Below are positions 48,546 through 56,322 of a stretch of DNA of 56,322 bases, piece after piece; the stretch's first letter is position 1; every line of letters begins with the position of its first letter. A program made the position numbers and the translations under genes. The notes under the pieces were generated by a model. It searched no databases. It had not been told where the DNA came from and saw only the letters and a list, made by a program, of their open reading frames with translations. This DNA comes from a bacterium (GTDB lineage Bacteria > JAJRZV01): assembly GCA_024275095.1 (NCBI GenBank), contig JAJRZV010000074.1, positions 1 to 56,322 of the forward strand. The letters run 5' to 3'.

Positions 48546-49862
48546 ATGGCACGATACCTGTCAGGAATATTATTAATCATATTTCTGTGGCCTTTAAGAG
48601 CAGGTGCAAGCGGGTTTTATATGACTAATTTCGGTGGTAGTGGAGCTTCGGCAGTATCCTCAGGTGCCGAGGCCACATTCTGGAATCCGGCAGGTGTAAT
48701 AAATGGAAGAAACGTGGAGGTGCTACTTGATTATACCCAGTTTCTGGTAAACATGAAGTACAAACGTAACTTCATATACAAATTTGATGAGTCAACCCAA
48801 AAGTGGATAACTGAAACCGCTGACAATCTTCCTGAGGACACTCTGCTCAATTTCCCTCCGCTTCCTTTTGTAGGCACTGTCTGGAGAATAAATAAAAAAA
48901 TAGCAGCCGGACTCGGCATTTACACTCCATTCGGATCATCAACCAGGTGGAGTGATAAGAACGGATACCAAAAATATCATTCTATCAGTGGTTCTATCCT
49001 CACAGTTTACGTGTCCCCTACCTTTGCGTTAAGAGTCACACCTTGGCTCGACGCGGGTATAAGCATAAGTTACGTAAGAGCCGCCATAGAAGCTGAAAAA
49101 TACCAGTCGTTTGCAGATGTTGTTGGAGGACTGCCGGAAGATTCCTCTCTCGACGCCTTGCTTAAAATGCACACATTTGCCGGCAACGGGTGGAATGCAG
49201 CATTTGGCTTCATGATTCACCCACAACCAACGTGGAAAATGGGAATATCGTATACTTTTCCACTGGAACTCAGTCTCAAAGGCACCATCGAAATTCAACC
49301 ACTTGGAGAAAAGGCTCTCGCACTCTTCTCCGGCGCGTCAGCTTATGCAGAAGGAACACTCAAAACCACTTTCCCCCAAACACTGCGACTGGCTGCAGAA
49401 TGGAACATTTCCGGTGTGCATTTTCTCACAGGGGCATTTGAGTACGTTAACTGGAGAGCTTTTGATGGTTTTCGCTTCCATTTTGACAGGCGGACCAGTC
49501 CATTCGTACCTGAAGAAATGGAGGAAGAAAAAGCATTTTTTGACGCTTATACTGTACGAATTATTTACCGCAACAATAATCCCCACTGGCCCTTTTTTGG
49601 AGGAGCCGGCTTCGAGTCCAATGCTTCGAGCAATCTAACCCAGGCTGCTGATATGCCGGACTATCACAAAGTGCTTTTAATGGGTGGTCTTAATAAACAC
49701 CTGCCGCACGGATTTCAAATTCAGTTTGATCTGCTCGGGGCAATTTTTATTCCACGTACTGTAAACACCTCAGTGCTTGTCCCTCCTGCAAATGGAGATT
49801 ACAGCGGATTCGCCGTGCTCGCCCACGTATCCCTAAGATGGAGCGAGGGAGGTGAATTATGA
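48546..49862 (+). CDS. FadL/OmpP1/TodX family outer-membrane hydrophobic-compound transporter
   Basis: ASGF mature N-terminus, FWNPAG, GLGIYTPFG, PQTLRL. Confidence 0.85.
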   Translation: MARYLSGILLIIFLWPLRAGASGFYMTNFGGSGASAVSSGAEATFWNPAGVINGRNVEVLLDYTQFLVNMKYKRNFIYKFDESTQKWITETADNLPEDTLLNFPPLPFVGTVWRINKKIAAGLGIYTPFGSSTRWSDKNGYQKYHSISGSILTVYVSPTFALRVTPWLDAGISISYVRAAIEAEKYQSFADVVGGLPEDSSLDALLKMHTFAGNGWNAAFGFMIHPQPTWKMGISYTFPLELSLKGTIEIQPLGEKALALFSGASAYAEGTLKTTFPQTLRLAAEWNISGVHFLTGAFEYVNWRAFDGFRFHFDRRTSPFVPEEMEEEKAFFDAYTVRIIYRNNNPHWPFFGGAGFESNASSNLTQAADMPDYHKVLLMGGLNKHLPHGFQIQFDLLGAIFIPRTVNTSVLVPPANGDYSGFAVLAHVSLRWSEGGEL

Positions 49863-52267
49863 AGGTGATGAAAATCGCGGGCTTCATTACTCTAATGTTG
49901 GCGGGAATATCCTGTTCCTCCAGTATGCCGGAGGCATTCCACGTGGAATACACACATGACAACACCCTTTATGTAGGAAGCACCAAAGTGGACATCACCC
50001 CCATTCCATATGGAGAAGATGGTAGCTGTCCTGATGGTGCATACTGTTTTGAAGTGCCCGTGCAAAAAGGGCCGGAAGATGGATGCCCGGACAATAAAAA
50101 CCGGATATATGAAGGACTCCTCGACAGCCCCGAAGGCATCCCGGATGACCCCTGTTCAGAAGGTTTCATTGACGCCAATGGTAATGGCTGGTTCGATGCC
50201 ATCTGGTTGGGCGGTTTCAACATGGCCCGGCCGGCAACAGGTGTAGATCCGGAAGCACACCTATACGCACGAACATTTGCTCTGCGTTTCAATGAAGAAC
50301 TGGTTGTGGTGGTTGTTCTCGACAACATTGGATTGCCTACAATCCAGTTGGCAGGGCTGCGTGAACGCATTCAGGGACTCAGTAAGGGTACACTTTCAAA
50401 AAAATCATTGCTCATATTTTCCGTTCACAACCACGAAGCCCCTGACACACAGGGACTCTGGGGACCGGACCTTGTAACCAATATGGACATTCAGATGGTC
50501 GAGGGGATCAGCCTCCGCGACATTCTGAAGCTGCCGTTCCTGGCCGAAGCGGAGGTCCAGTTTCCCATGAAGGGACTGGTGGACGATTACTGGGCTTGGG
50601 TGGAGAATCGAATTATTCAGGCCGTTCAGACCAGTGTTTCAGAGATGAAAAAAGCCTCGGTAATTCCCTTCCAGGTGGAAGTACCGCACCGGGAGGTGGG
50701 CTGTCACGAGGTATCCTTTGAAGGCGAAGTAAAAATCGACTGCAACAATAATGGTGTGTATAACGAAAACAGGGACCGTGATATATACGAAAAGGGCATG
50801 CCTCGAAATTACCAGGAATGCTTTACCAACCCTTCAGTGCCTGAACGATTTCTTATTACCGATGGCAGGCTTCCTTATGTTGTTGATTACACCGTTTACG
50901 GTTATCAATTTCTGGACGAAAACGGTAAAGTAGTTGCCACATTTGTTGTGTGGGGTAATCACGTAGAGGCCATGTCGGATGATAATACAGCTCTGTCAGG
51001 GGACTGGTCAGGATACCTGTGCAATGAAATTGAAAAGCGCTATGGCGGAACATGTGTTTTTCAGATTGCTCCTGAGGGAGGTCTGACAACTCCTCTCGGA
51101 ACATGTATTCCTTACATCGACGCAAGCGGCCGGTATATTGCTGACGACGGTTCTCCCATCGAGGCTCCCACTTCAAGGCCCGACAATTTCCTGGAACTTT
51201 ATGTTGAGAAGGGTTATCACCTCAAACCTGCCACTGGTGCATTCGAACGAGCGAAAAGCCTGGGGAGACAAATTGCAAAAAGTGTCGCCTATGCCATAGA
51301 CAACAGCGAACCTCTCGAAGTTACCGAGCTCAAAAACACTCTCGCCTTTGTAAACGTGCCCCTATACAATCCCCTGTTCTATGTGGCTGGACGGCTGGAA
51401 CTTATTGAGGGACTTTCTCTCCTCCTGAGAAGTGACGTGGATTTCAACAACATAGACGATGTGATATGGAAAGAAGAGCTCTCCGAAGATAACGATGCCT
51501 GTGGTACTGTCATGTGCCTGAGGTTGCCCATCAATATGGTCACCCTTAATCTCACCGATGGAAATTCCACGTACCGTACAGGTTTTATCACCAATCCGGG
51601 AGAGCTTTTTCCAGAGTACGTAGTGGGTCGTAAGAAAAGTTCCTTCTACTTTCATGATGCTCCCGAAGGCGTGTCGCTTGTGGCACAGGACCCGAACTTT
51701 CCCGCTTACCGCTATACCACCAATATCAATCCCCAGGTGTTCGACGAAATTAAAGGGCTCCGTGAGGTTGCCTCGGAGCTGGGCTACTCTCTCTTTTTCG
51801 TACTGGCAGAAGGAAATTCCACCATAGGGTACGAAATGCCCCAGAGCGACTTCATACTCGTATATGAAGGAATATTCAAGGAAATCACTTCATTTGCAGG
51901 ACTCATAGACAGAGTGCTTGATGTCAACGACGATGATCCAGATCACAATACAGGTCTTTATACTTTCTTCCATCTTACGGAAACAGATAAATACCTCACG
52001 TTCTCACAGCTTATGATGGATACGTGGGAACGATTTTCTGTAGAACTGCGAGACTACAATCCTACTGATGGGTCTCAAGTCTTTTTAAGCAACCATCCAA
52101 ATATTTACGAAGAAGAAGTCTCAATGGGTCCTTACACGGGCGACCTTGTATACAACATGTTGAGGGGTTTATTGGAATACGGCCATTATCAGGCATACCG
52201 CAGTATCCCTTCAGATCCCAACACAGATACAGAAATCCTGGCTCTACCCAAGTTATCCGGTCACTGA
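49859..52267 (+). CDS. Neutral/alkaline ceramidase-like lipoprotein
   Basis: AGIS-C lipobox; VDITP, LYAR.FAL, HNHEAPD, GNHVE, SGDW.G, PGELFPE; DANGNG Ca-binding loop. Confidence 0.7.
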   Translation: MKVMKIAGFITLMLAGISCSSSMPEAFHVEYTHDNTLYVGSTKVDITPIPYGEDGSCPDGAYCFEVPVQKGPEDGCPDNKNRIYEGLLDSPEGIPDDPCSEGFIDANGNGWFDAIWLGGFNMARPATGVDPEAHLYARTFALRFNEELVVVVVLDNIGLPTIQLAGLRERIQGLSKGTLSKKSLLIFSVHNHEAPDTQGLWGPDLVTNMDIQMVEGISLRDILKLPFLAEAEVQFPMKGLVDDYWAWVENRIIQAVQTSVSEMKKASVIPFQVEVPHREVGCHEVSFEGEVKIDCNNNGVYNENRDRDIYEKGMPRNYQECFTNPSVPERFLITDGRLPYVVDYTVYGYQFLDENGKVVATFVVWGNHVEAMSDDNTALSGDWSGYLCNEIEKRYGGTCVFQIAPEGGLTTPLGTCIPYIDASGRYIADDGSPIEAPTSRPDNFLELYVEKGYHLKPATGAFERAKSLGRQIAKSVAYAIDNSEPLEVTELKNTLAFVNVPLYNPLFYVAGRLELIEGLSLLLRSDVDFNNIDDVIWKEELSEDNDACGTVMCLRLPINMVTLNLTDGNSTYRTGFITNPGELFPEYVVGRKKSSFYFHDAPEGVSLVAQDPNFPAYRYTTNINPQVFDEIKGLREVASELGYSLFFVLAEGNSTIGYEMPQSDFILVYEGIFKEITSFAGLIDRVLDVNDDDPDHNTGLYTFFHLTETDKYLTFSQLMMDTWERFSVELRDYNPTDGSQVFLSNHPNIYEEEVSMGPYTGDLVYNMLRGLLEYGHYQAYRSIPSDPNTDTEILALPKLSGH

Positions 52268-52343
52268 GGAACTGCAGGTTCGTATTTTCGTGGAAAATTT
52301 CCAGGGTGGGGTTGTATATTCCATAACAACCCGTTCATGAGGA

Positions 52344-53726
52344 GTGAGGGGAGTGTTTGCAGAAGTCGTGTCAGGCCAATCCCGTTTTTTTCGCGCTTCG
52401 TTCCTGAAAAGGATTTCATCTCTGGCAGCTCCTGTGATGCTGGGCATGCTCAGCCAGGTACTCATGAACATCGTTGACACGGCTTTTATCGGCCGCATCG
52501 GTGAGAGAGCGGATGAAGGCCTTGCCTCATTAGGACTTGGAATTATCGCCATGTGGGTTGTTGGTGGAATGCTCAATGCCCTGAGCGTGGGTATTCAGGC
52601 ACTTACATCCCGACGCGAAGGAGAGGTCGACTATGAAAAAGCAGGACAGGTAGCCTTTAATGGATTTGTTCTCGCAATGCTCCTTGGAGCAGCCTTTGGA
52701 ATATCAGGTTCACTCCTGGCTGACAAAATTGCTCCTGTGCTCAGCAATGACCCTGGAGTGGTTGCGTACATTGAGGACTTTTTGAAATATCGTTTTGTGG
52801 GTCTTTGGCCCATGCTTGTGGTAATAGCATTCAAGGCATTCTTTGATGGCATAGGTCACACCCGCATATACATGTTCAGTGCATTTCTTATGAATGCCGT
52901 CAACCTTTTCCTGGCTTACATACTTATATTCGGTCACCTCGGTCTCCCGCGTATGGAAGTGGGTGGAGCAGCTCTTGCCGCTACCATCAGCGGAACAATA
53001 GGAGCCCTCTTTATACTCGGCATATCCTTGCTTCCCCAATACAGGCGTTACAAGATTATAAGATTGTCCAATCTCTCTCCGCGCATTGCAGCTTCAATTA
53101 TCCGTGTCGCTTATCCTTCCTCCATTGCAGCCATGTTTACAACTCTCGGTTTTCTTATATTTCTGCGAATAGTGGGCATAATAGGTACAGTAGAACAGGC
53201 TGCAAGCACCATTATGATTAATCTCGCATCCCTTTCATTTCTTCCATGTATTGCGCTGGGAACGGCTTCAGCAACACTTGTGGGTCAAAATCTGGGAGCA
53301 CAAAAACCCAAGCGCGCCATGGTTTTTGGTATAGAGGCAGCAAAACTCGGTGCATTGATTATGGGATCTGTCGGCCTGTTAGCATTTATATTTGCTCCTT
53401 ACATCCTCAAAGCGTTCACTCCACATCACGACGTTATAAGAGAGGGAATTAAAGCATTACGGTTGCTGGCAGTGGTTCAGATATTCCAGGCCTCGGGGTT
53501 GGTATTTGCCAACTCCTTAATGGGGGCTGGAGACACCAGATACGTGATGTTCGCAGACGTTCTGCTTCACTACGTTATATTACTCCCCCTTACCTACCTC
53601 ATGGGCGTTACACTTCAGTGGGGCATTTACGGAGCATGGGGAGCTATTGACATTTATATATTCCTGATGGGATTGTTTATGGGAGTCCGCTTCTTACGAG
53701 GGAAGTGGCAGAAAATAAAGCTGTGA
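52344..53726 (+). CDS. MATE family efflux transporter
   Basis: LAAP...IVDTAFIGR, GAALAT, LVGQNLGA, GAGDTR; ~12 TM segments. Confidence 0.92.
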   Translation: MRGVFAEVVSGQSRFFRASFLKRISSLAAPVMLGMLSQVLMNIVDTAFIGRIGERADEGLASLGLGIIAMWVVGGMLNALSVGIQALTSRREGEVDYEKAGQVAFNGFVLAMLLGAAFGISGSLLADKIAPVLSNDPGVVAYIEDFLKYRFVGLWPMLVVIAFKAFFDGIGHTRIYMFSAFLMNAVNLFLAYILIFGHLGLPRMEVGGAALAATISGTIGALFILGISLLPQYRRYKIIRLSNLSPRIAASIIRVAYPSSIAAMFTTLGFLIFLRIVGIIGTVEQAASTIMINLASLSFLPCIALGTASATLVGQNLGAQKPKRAMVFGIEAAKLGALIMGSVGLLAFIFAPYILKAFTPHHDVIREGIKALRLLAVVQIFQASGLVFANSLMGAGDTRYVMFADVLLHYVILLPLTYLMGVTLQWGIYGAWGAIDIYIFLMGLFMGVRFLRGKWQKIKL

Positions 53727-53729
53727 TTT

Positions 53730-54443
53730 TTATTCTTTTCTGGCTATTCCAATAATTACGTATCGCCAATTTTCAGGAATTAAAGGTACAAAAACTCGAT
53801 CAAGCATCGCGAGAATCTCCCTCTGCCTTTCCGACCGTCCAAACGCAGCCCAGAAACCGGTGGTCATATAATCAAAAGAAGAAAAAATATTCATAAAATT
53901 TTTAACTTCTTCTATTGTCACGTACCTCCATACTTTCCCCCACGAGACAAAGTTCCGCCGCATAAATTTATGTCCGGGAGAAGCAACAAGATTTTCAGCA
54001 AACATCAGTTCACCTCCGGGCTTGAGAGCATTGTACATCTCTTCAACAGCTCGTCTCTGAAGCTCCTTTCTTCCGCCAGAGCCTATATCTCCCAAGATAG
54101 ATTTAAACATGACAATATCAAATGTATTTTTGTATGGAATTCGTGTTGCATCAATCCGTTCATATTGGATACGATGAGCGACTCCATAACGTTCATGTTT
54201 TTCACGTGCCGTTTTTGTGGGACCTTCAAGATCAGAGCATACGACCTCGGCACCCTGTAAAGCCATCCATAGTGACAATCCCCCGTTCCTGCTCCCCAGT
54301 TCAAGAACTTTTGCACTGGAAAAATCCGAGGAACTTTTCTGAATCCAAAAATCTAAAGCATGGCTCCATGTGCAGACATCCCATTCAATAATGTCCGTCA
54401 AAAGTTCTGGTTGAATTGGTCTGAATTTAGAGGTATATCCCAT
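53730..54443 (-). CDS. Class I SAM-dependent methyltransferase
   Basis: VLELGSRNG, SDL, IDAT.IPY...FD, LKPGG. Confidence 0.88.
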   Translation of the reverse strand: MGYTSKFRPIQPELLTDIIEWDVCTWSHALDFWIQKSSSDFSSAKVLELGSRNGGLSLWMALQGAEVVCSDLEGPTKTAREKHERYGVAHRIQYERIDATRIPYKNTFDIVMFKSILGDIGSGGRKELQRRAVEEMYNALKPGGELMFAENLVASPGHKFMRRNFVSWGKVWRYVTIEEVKNFMNIFSSFDYMTTGFWAAFGRSERQREILAMLDRVFVPLIPENWRYVIIGIARKE

Positions 54444-54490
54444 GTCCGCCTTACGTTGTATTTGTAATAAAGGATGCTTATACTTTTAAT

Positions 54491-54739
54491 ATGTTCAGGC
54501 ATCCGGTAGAAGAACTCAAGGGTAAAGAAGTCATCGTAATTGCAGAAGGTGTGATATATCGAGGCATTCTCATCGAAATAGGGGAAGATGAAGTAACACT
54601 CTCTACCGAGGCACGCTGGGTATCCATACCCCATTCAAAAATTACAGAAATTTATGACCCTGCTGCAGAGTCACAATCACACAGACAAAGCTACGACCCA
54701 CAGAGTTTTTGGGATGAAAAATTTGACCCTCACAAGTAA
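54491..54739 (+). CDS. Small Sm/LSm-fold-like protein
   Basis: Helix + GKEVIV...YRGILIEI...VTL...WVSIPHSKI pattern. Confidence 0.55.
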   Translation: MFRHPVEELKGKEVIVIAEGVIYRGILIEIGEDEVTLSTEARWVSIPHSKITEIYDPAAESQSHRQSYDPQSFWDEKFDPHK

Positions 54740-54767
54740 AACTTGTATTCCCTCTACTCCACTCCTT

Positions 54768-55568
54768 ATGGATACAGATCCCCTGATTCTTGAAAGGCGG
54801 ATTCTCAAAAAAGCTGCCATGGCATCAGCACGTTATGGTCTTCTTAAGAAGAACGATCGTGTCCTCGCGGCCATATCAGGAGGCAAAGATTCCTGGACCA
54901 TGCTACATGCACTGATAGAACTCAGGAAAAAAGCTCCTTTCTCCTACGAAATTCATGTTGTGGTTGTCCAGCAAGGGGCAGAACGTTTCAGGACAGATAT
55001 CATCGAAAAACGAGTGAGCAAACTGCCCGTGGATGGATTCGAAATTTTGCATTATCCCGTTTTCGAAGTGGTAAGACTAAAAAATCGAAAAGGCAAAATT
55101 TCCTGTTCACTCTGTTCGAGGCTGCGTAGAGGTATCCTGTATTCTTATGCTGCCGAAAATGGTTTCAACAAAATAGCACTTGGTCACCACCTGGATGACG
55201 TAATAGAAACCCTGCTGCTTAATGTGTTCTTCGAAGGGAAAATAGGTGCCATGGCACCTATACGAAGTTCTGACGACGGGCGTAACATTATTATAAGACC
55301 GCTCTATTTTGTAGAAGAACGCGAAACCGCAACTTTCGTTTATCACAAGCGGTATCCTGTCGTCTGTTGTCACTGTCCCCTCTGCCACGAGAAGTTCTCT
55401 TCCAAAAGAGCCCTTATCAAACAGTGGATCGCACAAATGGAAAAAGAATATCCTGGTATCAAGCGTTCGCTACTGGCATCTCTCGAAAATATAGATGTAA
55501 AGGGAATCACCTGGTTTCTGAAAGGTAACAACAATGGGTACGAAAGAACATCCGATAAAGGAGCCTGA
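54768..55568 (+). CDS. ttcA: tRNA 2-thiocytidine(32) synthetase
   Basis: SGGKDS PP-loop, CSLCSRLRRG.LY, IALGHH.DD..ET, IIRPL, C-terminal Cys cluster. Confidence 0.85.
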   Translation: MDTDPLILERRILKKAAMASARYGLLKKNDRVLAAISGGKDSWTMLHALIELRKKAPFSYEIHVVVVQQGAERFRTDIIEKRVSKLPVDGFEILHYPVFEVVRLKNRKGKISCSLCSRLRRGILYSYAAENGFNKIALGHHLDDVIETLLLNVFFEGKIGAMAPIRSSDDGRNIIIRPLYFVEERETATFVYHKRYPVVCCHCPLCHEKFSSKRALIKQWIAQMEKEYPGIKRSLLASLENIDVKGITWFLKGNNNGYERTSDKGA

Positions 55569-56322
55569 ACTTCCACCGTTCAGGCCACCAAGCGAAGCAC
55601 GGAGCCTTTTAATCCGAGTAACTCGGGGTTGTGCATGGAACCGCTGTGCATTCTGCCCCATGTACAAAGGGGTTGTGTTCGAGATAAGACCACCAGAAGA
55701 AGTCTTGCAGGAGGTGGAGTTTTATGGCCGCCTTATCAGCCAGGTGCGTGAACTGGCCTGGAGATACGGATACGGCCCAAACATCAGCAGGTTTATCGTG
55801 GATGCAGGCCTCTGGTGGATGCGCGAGGATGGAAGTGTACCAGCAGTGTTTCTCGGTGACTCTGACATACTGGCGGTAAAAAAGGATAAGCTGGTATCAA
55901 TTCTTAAAAGCATCAAAAAACACATTCCCGGTGTTCAGCGCATTACCGCATACGCCCGCAGCAGAACCATATTGAACAGGCCTCTTAAAGATTTAAAAGA
56001 CCTGCGCGAGGCAGGTCTTACACGCTTGCACGTGGGTCTCGAATCAGGAGACGATGAGACATTAGCACTGTTGAAAAAAGGGGTCACATCAGAGCAAGCA
56101 GTGGAAGCAGGACAAAAAGCACTTGAAGCAGGATTTGAGTTAAGTGAATATGTAATCGTGGGAGCCGGCGGCAAAAGCCGATGGAAAGAGCATGCTGACG
56201 GAACTGGAGAAGCTCTTAACAAAATTAAACCGCATTTTATCCGCTTGAGAACCTTATTTATCGTGCCAGGCACACCACTCGATCAACTGAGACAAGAAGG
56301 ACGCTTCCGAGAAAGTCCACCA
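55534..56322 (+). CDS. Radical SAM protein (truncated by the window end)
   Basis: Read from the sequence, not in the ORF track: RPPSEARSLLIRVTRGCAWNRCAFCPMYK, VFLGDSD, HVGLESG; frame open to the end. Confidence 0.85.
   Translation, partial: MGTKEHPIKEPELPPFRPPSEARSLLIRVTRGCAWNRCAFCPMYKGVVFEIRPPEEVLQEVEFYGRLISQVRELAWRYGYGPNISRFIVDAGLWWMREDGSVPAVFLGDSDILAVKKDKLVSILKSIKKHIPGVQRITAYARSRTILNRPLKDLKDLREAGLTRLHVGLESGDDETLALLKKGVTSEQAVEAGQKALEAGFELSEYVIVGAGGKSRWKEHADGTGEALNKIKPHFIRLRTLFIVPGTPLDQLRQEGRFRESPP

Overview
A 56 kb stretch of bacterial chromosome, mostly housekeeping and lipid-catabolic genes. Gene content (FrzS-like pseudo-receiver, HEAT/HD-GYP pair, DUF2914, many outer-membrane proteins and lipoproteins) suggests a diderm, probably deltaproteobacterial or Myxococcota-related organism; this is inference. 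Core genes: metH lacking its activation domain, gyrA with a 1-nt frameshift, a polyprenyl synthase, coaBC, purB-purS-argB-argD-argF, meaB, ttcA and three tRNAs (Val-GAC, Arg-UCG, Ser-GGA). Lipid/acyl-CoA genes include a compact operon of unknown substrate (flavoprotein, two DUF2148 Fe-S proteins, SCP2, PaaK-like ligase, DUF35 + SCP-x thiolase, SDR), a thiolase, an acyl-CoA dehydrogenase with a FadR/YsiA-type operator, and FadL paired with a ceramidase-like lipoprotein. No integrase, transposase, CRISPR array or rRNA was seen. The most striking non-coding signal is a homologous structured element downstream of both tRNA-Val and tRNA-Ser; each copy carries an antisense copy of its own host tRNA's T-arm followed by a covarying GTGA-loop hairpin. 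Two REP-like palindrome clusters and a second dispersed repeat family (ACTTTATATTCCCC...) are also present. All family assignments come from motif recognition by eye, not database searches.
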